Positions 17,650-26,108 of a DNA stretch of 64,000 nt are shown here, piece after piece. The translations under genes and the position numbers were made by a program. Numbering within the stretch: the first letter of the stretch is position 1; the number at the start of each line of letters is the position of its first letter. The stretch spans positions 3,289 to 67,288 of the forward strand of contig WOZM01000031.1 in the NCBI GenBank assembly GCA_011620265.1, written 5' to 3'. The stretch comes from Paracoccaceae bacterium. GTDB lineage: Bacteria > Pseudomonadota > Alphaproteobacteria > Rhodobacterales > Rhodobacteraceae. The notes below the pieces were generated by a model, which was not told where the DNA came from, did not search any database, and was given only the letters and a program-made list of their open reading frames with translations.

Positions 17650-18131
17650 TCAGGCCACGCGGACGATCTCGGCGGTGCCGAGGACGTTGAAGCGGTTCAT
17701 GAGTGCGATGCGGAGCTCAACGCGATTTCGGCGGTCTGGCGGTCGGGGTCTCTTGCGGCGATGCGTTCACCGAAGGCCTTGAGGTCGAGCAGGTTGAGCG
17801 CCACAGGTTCGAGCGAACCTGCGAGGGCATCTTGGCCTCAATCCAGCTCCGGGGACACGTGGTATCCGGTCCAGCGCTTCCAGAACGCCCTGCCGTAGTG
17901 CCGGGTGGCGCGCAGTGTTTCGTTTCTGGCGATAGCCGCCGGGCAGTCCTCTTTCCAGGGCCGACCGTTCTTGCGGATCGGAATGATCGCGGTCGCCTCG
18001 CGCTCGATGATCGCGATGTGACAGCGGCGGGTGTCATAGGCACCATCCGCCGTGACCGTGCCGATCTCTTCGTCCTCCCCAGCGGTCTGTCTGAGCGGCA
18101 GCTTGAACAGGACCTTGATGGTCAGGCATGT
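17650..18131 (-). pseudogene. IS5-family transposase, C-terminal part (internal deletion plus frameshifts)
   Basis: The minus-strand translation is TCLTIKVLFKLPLRQTAG/EDEEIGTVTADGAYDTRRCHIAIIEREATAIIPIRKNGRPW...GRAFWKRWTGYH. A premature stop follows, and the shifted tail reads LKAFGERIAARDPDRQTAEI...LMNRFNVLGTAEIVRVA*. Confidence 0.65.
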
Positions 18132-18396
18132 GTGGACGCCCCCGTTGGCGCAAGTGGTTTTTGGTCCATTTTGGGCAAGTGACCGGCTGCTTTCATGTGT
18201 CAGGCCTTTGATTGCGACGTTCGAGAAGCCGCTGGCCGGTATGGTGATACGCAGATGGGGGCCATATCAAAACTACGAGATCAAAGCTCTCTGCCTGAGG
18301 CTGGTTGAGCCCATCCCGATCCTGTCGATCTTTTGCCCATACGAGATCATCGTGCCGCTTGCGTCACCGACGCTCCAGTCAGTGGTGACAACTGCT
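18132..18396 (-). ncRNA. Candidate IS1111-type bridge/seek RNA locus (non-coding 3' end of the IS110-family element)
   Basis: The assignment is by position only. A non-coding stretch of about 265 nt lies between the transposase stop (18397) and the element end. It is AT-richer than its surroundings. No covariance-model search could be run. Confidence 0.3.
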
Positions 18397-19426
18397 TCAG
18401 CAGACCACCCCCGCCGGATCTCTGTAGTCTTCCCTGCGCATGATGATCGCCCAGATGATCCGCGCAAACTTGTTGGCCAGTGCGATGGCGACCAGCATCC
18501 GTGGCTTGTGTGACAGCATCCGAGCCAGCCAGGATCCCGCGCGGCCCCCATCCCGCCCCTTCCAGTGGATCGCGGACATGGCTCCGATGATCGGCAGTCG
18601 CCTGATATCGCGTTGCCCCATCTTCGATGTTCGACCGAGACGTTGCTTGCCGCCACTCGAATGCTGCCGTGGAACGAGACCGAGCCACGCCGCGAAGTCA
18701 CGTCCGCGCCTGAAGACCTCCATGGAGGGGGCGAATGCTTCTATTGCCATGGCAGTCACGGAACCCACCCCCGGAATGGTGCGCAGCCGCTGAACCAGTT
18801 CGCTTTCCCGTGCCTGTTCTTCGATGCGGCGCTCCAAATCCAAAAGGCACTCCGCAACGCGGGGCCAGTTGATCCAAGTAGACCGACCCGATCTCCCGCA
18901 CCAGGTCCGGCAGCCCGTTCGCCTGATTGTCAAGAGCACGAGCAAAGGGCTCGAGGGTTCGTCGACCGCCGGAGACGATCACCCCATGTTCCGCAAGGTG
19001 TGCCCGCAACGCATTGACCAACTGTGTGCGCTGCATGACGAGCAGCTCTCTCGTGCGGAACAGCATGGCCCGGGCCTGTTGCTCCGACGTCTTGACCGGC
19101 ACGGTGCGCATTGACGGGCGCGAGGCAGCCTCGACGATCGCTTCAGCGTCATTTGCATCGTTCTTTTGTCGCTTCACAAACGGCTTCACATAAACTGGCG
19201 GTATCAGCCGAATGACATGGCCTTGATCGGCCAGAGCCCGAGCCCAATGGTTGGCCGTTGCGCAGGCTTCCATCGCCACGACGCAGGGCTCCAGCTTCGA
19301 CATGAAATGCAGAAACTGCGTGCGAGCCAGCTTTTTGCGGAACAAAGTCTGATCATCACCTCCCGAACCATGAACCTGAAACACGTTCTTGGCCAGATCC
19401 ACGCCGACTATGCTAACTTTATCCAT
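18397..19426 (-). pseudogene. IS110-family (DEDD) transposase with a single frameshift
   Basis: ORF 18698..19426 gives the N-terminal DEDD domain (MDKVSIVGVDLAKNVFQVH...KNDANDAEAI...LVREIGSVYLDQL). ORF 18397..18945 gives the C-terminal domain in another frame (ECLLDLERRIEEQ...IPGVGSVTAMAIEA...FAAWLGLVPRQHSSGGK). The switch lies near 18865-18885, at a GCCCC run. Confidence 0.75.
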
Positions 19427-19511
19427 GGACGTTCCCTCCTCGTGGCGATTTTGACATCACCACCTTGGCACATTGCGGTGCCGTCGGGTGGGGGTGTCCA
19501 CCCCATCAGAA

Positions 19512-19682
19512 CTGGATCGCCGCATCCGAGAAGACGGGCGGGCGCCCGAGGCGACCTTCATGCGGCGCCAGCCAGGTCATGTCCTTGTCCAGCCAGATCA
19601 GCAGCGACCCGCGCTTGCGGAGCGCAGCGTTGTAGTCGGACCAGTTCGTCGTGCGGCAGCGGGCGGGTGGGGGCTTGCTCAT
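19512..19682 (-). pseudogene. IS5-family transposase, N-terminal 57 codons
   Basis: The minus-strand ATG at 19680-19682 gives MSKPPPARCRTTNWSDYNAALRKRGSLLIWLDKDMTWLAPHEGRLGRPPVFSDAAIQ. The frame then runs into the IS110 insertion. Confidence 0.7.
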
Positions 19683-19742
19683 GCAACCCGTCTAACCGCC
19701 GGGTTTCGCGTTGTGAATCCCTCGCCATCAGAGTTCTGCAAC

Positions 19743-20030
19743 AATGCCGCCCGGCGTGACAAAGCCGCCGACGGCGGTCTCGGCCTCGACCTTGATCGCC
19801 ATCGCGCGGGTGTTCTCGCCAAGGCTCTGGACGATCGTCACCTTCTCGCCGAAGGCGGAGACCTTGGAGGCGAGGATCAACTCGCCCTGCGCCATCTCGC
19901 GCGTGGCGCGGCGCGGCGGCATGCCGGGGGCGGGGACGAGCATTTCGAGCTCGGTGATGGCGCCCGGCGGCAGGGCCGTGCGCGGCCAGGACATGACTTG
20001 CAGCATCTGCGGCTGGATCGCCTGACCGAA
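19743..20030 (-). pseudogene. Flp/Tad pilus assembly protein CpaB (RcpC) fragment, truncated at both ends
   Basis: The minus-strand translation is IGFGQAIQPQMLQVMSWPRTALPPGAITELE...RRATREMAQGELILASKVS...LGENTRAMAIKVEAETAVGGFVTPGGIV. By eye this aligns with the SAF and beta-clip region of CpaB. The reading frame runs straight into the IS5 terminal repeat (…IVAEL*). The N-terminal TM region is absent. Confidence 0.45.
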
Positions 20031-20034
20031 CCCG

Positions 20035-20709
20035 ATGAAGCGATCCGAGATCAACGCCATCCTCGGCGAGGCGGATGCCTTCATCCGCTCCTTCGGCTAC
20101 ATGTTGCCGCCCTTCGCCTACTGGCCGCCCGACCGGATGCGCGCGGCCATCGCCGGGGGCAGCGACCATGCCGCGCGCGGGCTCGGCTGGGACATCACCG
20201 ATTACGGGCAGGGCCGGTTCGACGCGCTTGGCCTCTTTCTCTTCACCGTGCGCAACGGCGACGCGGCCGACCTCGCGCGCGGGCGGGGGATGCTTTACGC
20301 CGAGAAGATCATGATCTCGCGGAAGGATCAGCTGAGCCCGATGCACCGGCACAACATCAAGGCCGAGGACATCATCAACCGGGGCGGCGGGACGCTGGTG
20401 CTGGAGCTGTTCTCACCCGACGCGGCGGGCGGGATCGACCCCGATGCCGATGTCGCGGTGCCGGTCGACGGCGCGCTCCGGCGCCTTCCCGCCGGCGGGC
20501 TTCTGAAACTTGCACCGGGGGAATCGGTGACGCTGATGCCGGGCATCTGGCACGCCTTCCGGGCCGAGGGAGCCGACGTGCTGATCGGCGAGGTCTCCAC
20601 CGTCAACGACGACCGCACCGACAATGTCTTCCGCGACAGGATCGGCCGCTTTCCGAAGGTGGAGGAGGATGTGGCCCCCCTCCACCTTCTCGTCTCCGAC
20701 TATTCCTGA
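20035..20709 (+). CDS. D-lyxose/D-mannose ketol-isomerase-like cupin
   Basis: The 224-aa ORF reads MKRSEINAILGEADAFIRSFGYMLPPFAYWPP...AEKIMISRKDQLSPMHRH...GIWHAF...EVSTVNDDRTDN, which matches the YdaE-type lyxose isomerase family pattern. Confidence 0.7.
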   Translation: MKRSEINAILGEADAFIRSFGYMLPPFAYWPPDRMRAAIAGGSDHAARGLGWDITDYGQGRFDALGLFLFTVRNGDAADLARGRGMLYAEKIMISRKDQLSPMHRHNIKAEDIINRGGGTLVLELFSPDAAGGIDPDADVAVPVDGALRRLPAGGLLKLAPGESVTLMPGIWHAFRAEGADVLIGEVSTVNDDRTDNVFRDRIGRFPKVEEDVAPLHLLVSDYS

Positions 20710-23700
20710 GGCTCCGGCTTGACCCGGAAGACCGCGAGGTAAAGCGCCGGCACGAACACGAGCGTGATGATCGTCCCCGCGATGATGCCCCCCATCATCG
20801 CATAGGCCATCGGCCCCCAGAAGATCTGCCGCGAGATCGGGATGAGCGCGAGGCTGGCCGCCGCCGCGGTCAGAAGGATCGGCCGGGCGCGGGCGTCCGA
20901 GGCCTCGAACACCGCGTCCCAGGCCGGGCGGCCCTTTTCGCGCAGCACCTCGATCTCGTCGACGAGGATGATCGAGTTGCGGATCAGGATGCCGATCAGC
21001 GCCAGAACCCCGAGGATCGCGACGAAGCCGAGGGGGGCGCCCGACGGCACCAGAGCCGCGACGACGCCGATGAGGCCGAGGGGCGCCGCGCAGAGGACGA
21101 CGAAGCCGAGGCGGAAGCCCTGGGTCTGGACCATGATCAGCGTCAGCATGATCAGGATCATCAGCGGCACGACGGCGGCGATGGGCGCCTGGCTCTTGGC
21201 GCTTTCCGCGACCGCGCCGCCGACCTCGACATGGGTGCCGGCGGGAAGCGCGGCATTGAACTCCGCGATCCGGTCCGCGAGCGCCGCGACGATCGTCGCC
21301 GGTTGGTCCTTGGTCGTGATCGCGCCTTTGACGGTGATCGTCGGCATCCGGTTGCGCTGATGGATCACCGGCTGCTCGGTCCCGTATTCGAACGTGGCAA
21401 GCGACCGCAGCGGGATCGTCACGCCGCTTGCCGTCGAGAGTTGCAGACCGGCCAGAGCCTCGACCGAGCGGCGCGACGACTCGTCACCCCGCGCCACTAT
21501 GTCCACGAGATAGGCCGCGTCGCGAAGCTCGGTGACGGTCGTCCCGTCGTAGATCGCGTTCAGCGCCGAAGCGATGTCGCGCGGGGTGACGCCGAGCTGG
21601 CGGGCCTTGTCCTGCTGGATATTCACCCGCACGACCCGGGCCGGTTCGTTCCAGTCCATGACGATATTCGTCAGCCGCTCATCGGTCGCCAGCAGCGCCG
21701 CGAGGTCGCGGGCGCGATCGCGCAGGAGATCGGGGTCGGGACCGGAGAGACGGTACTGGACCGGGCGGCCGACCGGCGGGCCGATGTCGAGAAGCTTGAC
21801 GTAGATGTCGATCCCCGGAAACTCGTTCGCCGCGACCTCGCGCAGCTCCGCCCGGAGCGCGTTCCGCGCCTCGAGCGAGGGGGTCTGGATGACGATCTGG
21901 CCGATGTTCGGCCCCGGCGTCGGCACGTCGTAGGCCAGAAGGAAGCGCGGCGCGCCCCGGCCGACATGGGCCGACCAGAAAAGCACGTTCTCGTTGCCGT
22001 CGAGCGTCGCCTCCATCCGCGCCATCTGGGCGGAGGTCTCGGCGATGGAGGCGTTCTGCGGCAGCGCGAAATCGAGGATCAGCTCGGGCCGGTCGGAGTT
22101 CGGGAAGAACTGTTGCTCGACGAAGCGCATGCTGAAGATCGAGACGCCGAAAGCCGCGACGGTCAGCGCGATGGTCGCCCAGCGGAACCGCATGGCAAGC
22201 CGCAAAAGCCGGTGGAAGCCACGCCGCGCCCGGCCCGGCTTCGGGTCGTGATGCTTCATCTTCGCGGGCAGGAAGGTCACGCCCAGAAGCGGCGCGAAGA
22301 GGACCGCGACGATCCACGAGACCAGAAGCGACACCGCGATCACGACGAAGAGCGAGAAGGTGAATTCGCCGGCGGCCGAGTTGTTCAGCCCGACCGGGAT
22401 GAACCCCGCCACCGTGACGAGCGTGCCGGTGAGCATCGGGAAGGCGATGGAGGTCCAGGCGTAGGAGGCCGCCTTGCCGAGGCTCTCGCCCTTCTCCAGC
22501 CGCGCGATCATCGTCTCGATGGCGATCATCGCGTCGTCGACCAGAAGCCCGAGCGCGATGATCAGCGCGCCGAGCGAGATCCGTTGCAGGGTGAAGCCCG
22601 CATAGTCCATCACCACGAAGGTGATGGCGAGCACCAGGGGGATCGTCAGCGTCACCACGAGCCCGGCCCTGAGCCCGAGCGAGATGAAGCTGACGGCGAG
22701 GACGATCAGCACCGCCTCCAGAAGCGCCGTGAGGAAATGGCTCACCGCCTCGTCGACCACATGCGGCTGGTCGGCGACCTGATGGATGTCGATGCCGATG
22801 GGCAGCGCCGCCTGCGCCTCGGCGATGACCGCGCCGAGTTCGGCTCCGAAGTCGATGATGTTGGCGCCCTGCTTCATCCCGACCGAGAGGCCCACCGCCT
22901 CCTCGCCGCGATAGCGAAAGAGGGTGGAGGGCGGATCCTCGTAGCCGCGCCGGATCGCGGCCACGTCGGCCAGCCGGAAGAAGCGGTCGCCGACACGGAG
23001 GTTGATCTCCTCGAGGCTTTCGGTGCCGGAGAACTGGCCGCCGATCCGCACCAGAACCTGTTCGGGGCCCGCGTCGATCACGCCCGAGGGCAGGATCGCG
23101 TTCTGGGCCGCGAGCGTCGCCTGCACCGCCTGCTGGTTGAGGCCGAGCGCGCCGAGTCTTTCGGTCGAGAGCTCGAGATAGATGACCTCGTCTCGGGCGC
23201 CGAAGATCTCCACCTTGCCGGCAGCGGGCAGCGCCTGCACGGTGCGGCGGACCGTTTCTGCGTAGTCGCGCACCTCGCGCGGGGTGAAGCCGTCGGAGGT
23301 GAAGGCGTAGATGTTGCCGAAGACGTCGCCGAAATTGTCGTTGAACTGGAAGCCCGCGAACTCGGCGGGGAATTCGGGCCGGATATCCGACATCATGTTG
23401 CGCACCCGCTGCCAGATCAGCGGCAGCTGGGCGGACTTCGTCGTCGGCAGGAGCTCCAGATAGACCACCGTCCGGCCGGGCGCGGTGACCGAGCGGGTAT
23501 GGTCGAGTTCGTCGAGGTCCTCGAGCTTCTTCTCGATCCGGTCGGTGACCTGCGTCAGCGTCTCGGCGGTATCGGCGCCGGGCAGGGCGGCCGAGATGAT
23601 CATCGTCTTGATCGCGAAATTGGGGTCTTCCTCGCGCCCGATGGACAGGTACGACAGGACCCCCGCGACGAGCGAGACGATCATCAGGAACCAGACGAAG

Positions 23701-23744
23701 GAGCGGTGGTTGAGCGCCCAGTCGGAGAGGTTGAAGCGGTTCAT
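20700..23744 (-). CDS. RND-family efflux transporter, inner-membrane permease (AcrB-like)
   Basis: The 1014-aa ORF has the N-terminus MNRFNLSDWALNHRSFVWFLMIVSLVAGVLSYLSIGREEDPNF. Its 12-TM, two-large-loop architecture is typical of RND pumps. Confidence 0.95.
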   Translation of the reverse strand: MNRFNLSDWALNHRSFVWFLMIVSLVAGVLSYLSIGREEDPNFAIKTMIISAALPGADTAETLTQVTDRIEKKLEDLDELDHTRSVTAPGRTVVYLELLPTTKSAQLPLIWQRVRNMMSDIRPEFPAEFAGFQFNDNFGDVFGNIYAFTSDGFTPREVRDYAETVRRTVQALPAAGKVEIFGARDEVIYLELSTERLGALGLNQQAVQATLAAQNAILPSGVIDAGPEQVLVRIGGQFSGTESLEEINLRVGDRFFRLADVAAIRRGYEDPPSTLFRYRGEEAVGLSVGMKQGANIIDFGAELGAVIAEAQAALPIGIDIHQVADQPHVVDEAVSHFLTALLEAVLIVLAVSFISLGLRAGLVVTLTIPLVLAITFVVMDYAGFTLQRISLGALIIALGLLVDDAMIAIETMIARLEKGESLGKAASYAWTSIAFPMLTGTLVTVAGFIPVGLNNSAAGEFTFSLFVVIAVSLLVSWIVAVLFAPLLGVTFLPAKMKHHDPKPGRARRGFHRLLRLAMRFRWATIALTVAAFGVSIFSMRFVEQQFFPNSDRPELILDFALPQNASIAETSAQMARMEATLDGNENVLFWSAHVGRGAPRFLLAYDVPTPGPNIGQIVIQTPSLEARNALRAELREVAANEFPGIDIYVKLLDIGPPVGRPVQYRLSGPDPDLLRDRARDLAALLATDERLTNIVMDWNEPARVVRVNIQQDKARQLGVTPRDIASALNAIYDGTTVTELRDAAYLVDIVARGDESSRRSVEALAGLQLSTASGVTIPLRSLATFEYGTEQPVIHQRNRMPTITVKGAITTKDQPATIVAALADRIAEFNAALPAGTHVEVGGAVAESAKSQAPIAAVVPLMILIMLTLIMVQTQGFRLGFVVLCAAPLGLIGVVAALVPSGAPLGFVAILGVLALIGILIRNSIILVDEIEVLREKGRPAWDAVFEASDARARPILLTAAAASLALIPISRQIFWGPMAYAMMGGIIAGTIITLVFVPALYLAVFRVKPEPQE

Positions 23745-24802
23745 GGCGTCACGCGCGGGCCGACGACCTGCCCGTCCTCAAGCGAATGGATGCCCTTGGT
23801 CACGACCTCGTCCCCTGCGGCAAGCCCGGAGGCGACGATGACGAAGCCGCCGACGGTCGGGCCGAGCTTGACCGGCCTGCGGGCGACGCTGCGGCTCCCG
23901 GGGGCGACGACCCAGACGGCGGGCGTGCTGTCGGGGTCGAGAACGGAGCCCGCCGGCAGCACCACCCCGGCGCCGGCATGAGCCCGGGGCGTCACCCGCG
24001 CCAGCGCGCCGAGGCGGAAGCCGTCGGGCGGATCGGTCAGCGTCAGGTGCAGCCGCCGCGTACGCGTGGCGCGTTCGGCCACAGGGTCGATGCGGGTCAG
24101 GATGGCGGGCGCCGTCACCGCCGCGTTCGCGGCCAGCCGTGCGGTGAAGGCGGCACCGGGCTGGAACGCCGCGACATCGGCCTCGCTGAGGTCGATGACG
24201 ATCTCGCGCTCGCCCGTCGCGGCAAGCCGCAGCACCCGCTGCCCGGCCGAAAGCGCGGCACCCGGTTCGGCCGCGACCTCGGTCACCACCCCGTCCTGCG
24301 GCGCGGTCAGCGTGGCAAGCCCGCGCAGGTCGGCGGCGCGGGCAAGCGCGGCGCGGGCCTGTTCCAGCCGCGCCTCGGCCGCGACGAGGGCCCGGCTCGC
24401 ATCCTCGAGCCGCGTCGCGCTGCCGGCGCCGCGCGCCGCGAGTTCCTGTGCCCGGTCGCGGGCATCGGTGGCCGAACGGAGCTGCGCCTCCGCGACCGCG
24501 ACGCCGGCCTCGGCCGCGCGCAGATCGGCATCCAGATCCTCGGGATCGAGCCGCGCCAGGACCTCGCCCTTCACGACCGTATCGCCGGCCGAGACCGGAC
24601 GTTCGGCGATGGTGCCGATCAGCGGAAAGCCGAGATCGGTCTCGATCCGGGCCGCGACGGTGCCGACATAGGTCACCGGCAGGCCGGTCTGCGGATTGAC
24701 GATGACCGAGACGACGGGACGCGGCGCGGCCCCCTCGGGCGCCGGCGCGTCCGCCGCCATCGCGGGGCCGGCGAGGGTAAGGAGGACGGCAAGCCACTTC
24801 AT
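23741..24802 (-). CDS. RND periplasmic adaptor (membrane fusion protein), copy 2
   Basis: The 353-aa ORF has a signal peptide MKWLAVLLTLAGPAMA and an Ala-rich coiled-coil hairpin (LDADLRAAEAGVAVAEAQL...). It overlaps the RND start by 4 nt. Confidence 0.9.
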   Translation of the reverse strand: MKWLAVLLTLAGPAMAADAPAPEGAAPRPVVSVIVNPQTGLPVTYVGTVAARIETDLGFPLIGTIAERPVSAGDTVVKGEVLARLDPEDLDADLRAAEAGVAVAEAQLRSATDARDRAQELAARGAGSATRLEDASRALVAAEARLEQARAALARAADLRGLATLTAPQDGVVTEVAAEPGAALSAGQRVLRLAATGEREIVIDLSEADVAAFQPGAAFTARLAANAAVTAPAILTRIDPVAERATRTRRLHLTLTDPPDGFRLGALARVTPRAHAGAGVVLPAGSVLDPDSTPAVWVVAPGSRSVARRPVKLGPTVGGFVIVASGLAAGDEVVTKGIHSLEDGQVVGPRVTP

Positions 24803-25857
24803 TCCGTGCCCTCCGCCGCCCGCACGATCCGGCCGGGGAAGAGAAGCTGCGCCCCCTTGCCCACGATCAGCGTGCCGTCCGCGACTCCCGAGGCGACGAC
24901 GATCCGCCCGGTCTCGTAGCGGTCGATCTCGATCGGCAGGGCCGAGACCGCCATCGTCTCGGGATCGACCCGCCAGACCGACGGCCCTTCGGTCGTGGCC
25001 GAGATCGCCGAATAGGGCAGGATCACCTGCGCCGGGCCGGTCCGCACCACGGTGCCGCGCACCGCCTCGCCGAAGGTCAGCCCCTCGGGCGGGTCGTCGA
25101 CGGCGACCTTGACCGAGACGGTTCCGGTCGGCGCGTCGACCACTGGCGAAATCTCGTCGACCCGGCCCGAAAAGGTCCGGTCGGGCGTGTCGAGGAGGTT
25201 GAGCGTCACCTCGGGCGGCGCCTCGCCGATCGAGAGCATCACCTCGGGCACGTCGAAGACCGCGTCGACGCCCGCGTCGAGCGCCAGCTCGATCACCGGC
25301 TGGGCGGCGCCGACGATCTGCCCGGCCTCGGCCATGCGCCGGGTGACGGTCGCGTCTTCCGGTGCCAGGAGCACGGTCTCCGCGACCGTCTTGGTCGCCC
25401 GGTCCAGCTCCGCCCGCGCCTGCGCCAGAACCCCCTCGGCGATGCGCAGCGCGTCCTCGGCGCTGTCGCGGGCGATGCGAGTCGTGGCGCCCCGCTCCAG
25501 CAGCGTGTCCTGCCGGTCGAGATCCTCGGCCGCTTGCCGGTAGTCGGCGGTCGCGGTCAGCATCCCGGCTTCGGCCGCGCGCAACGTCTGTTCCTGCTGG
25601 ACCGAGTCCATCCGCGCCAGCACCGAGCCTTTCTCGACCCGTGTGCCGGCATCGACGACGACCTCGATGACCCGCCCACCCATCGGGAAGGCCGCGCTCA
25701 GCGTGTCATGGGCGCGGATTTCGCCGGTCAGCGAATAGCTCAGCGACTGCGCTTCGGCATGGGCGGTCACGATCTCCACGGCCAGCGGCGCCTCGGCCAG
25801 CGTTGGCAGCGGAACGGCGATCAGTCCGGTCAGGATCAGGGTGCGGACCAGGGACAT
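24799..25857 (-). CDS. RND periplasmic adaptor (membrane fusion protein), copy 1
   Basis: The 352-aa ORF has a signal peptide and biotinyl-lipoyl plus coiled-coil regions (VEKGSVLARMDSVQQEQTLRAAEAGMLTATADYRQ). It overlaps the second adaptor by 4 nt. Confidence 0.9.
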   Translation of the reverse strand: MSLVRTLILTGLIAVPLPTLAEAPLAVEIVTAHAEAQSLSYSLTGEIRAHDTLSAAFPMGGRVIEVVVDAGTRVEKGSVLARMDSVQQEQTLRAAEAGMLTATADYRQAAEDLDRQDTLLERGATTRIARDSAEDALRIAEGVLAQARAELDRATKTVAETVLLAPEDATVTRRMAEAGQIVGAAQPVIELALDAGVDAVFDVPEVMLSIGEAPPEVTLNLLDTPDRTFSGRVDEISPVVDAPTGTVSVKVAVDDPPEGLTFGEAVRGTVVRTGPAQVILPYSAISATTEGPSVWRVDPETMAVSALPIEIDRYETGRIVVASGVADGTLIVGKGAQLLFPGRIVRAAEGTE

Positions 25858-26108
25858 CGGCTCACTCTCGGTTCAGGCCGGGAATCGGATCCCGGCGACA
25901 GCCTAGCAGCCTTCGCCACGAGGTCGAGGTGCCGCGCCGGTTTTCGCGCCAGACTGACGCGACGGCAAACACCGCGCCGGCCGGCGCGCATTCTCCTGTT
26001 GACAGGCCCTGCCGGGCGCACGTCTGTTGGCGCTGTTGAAGACGGCGCCGCCGGTCCGGCCGGCGGCGGGTGCGGCACCCGGCCGCGACAGATCAGGGAG
26101 ACGACGTG

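Larger units (their letters stand above)
18132..19511 (-). mobile_element. IS110-family insertion sequence (IS1111-like layout) inserted inside the IS5 transposase gene
   Basis: It interrupts the conserved IS5 peptide DAAIQ|TCLTIKV. It has 12-bp inverted repeats, GTGGACGCCCCC (18132-18143) and GGGGGTGTCCAC (19489-19500), with the right one subterminal. About 85 nt lie upstream of the transposase ATG, and a long non-coding end of about 265 nt lies downstream of the CDS. Confidence 0.75.
17602..19742 (-). mobile_element. IS5-family insertion sequence, dead: split by an IS110-family element, internally deleted and frameshifted
   Basis: There are perfect 11-bp terminal inverted repeats, GTTGCAGAACT (17602-17612) and AGTTCTGCAAC (19732-19742). 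The transposase halves are described in the two features below. Confidence 0.7.

Noticed and set aside
19473-23981. A 1502-aa plus-strand ORF.
   Set aside because: It is antisense to the RND pump and crosses IS and CpaB debris. Its composition is dominated by R/G/D/E/A and it has no domain signatures.
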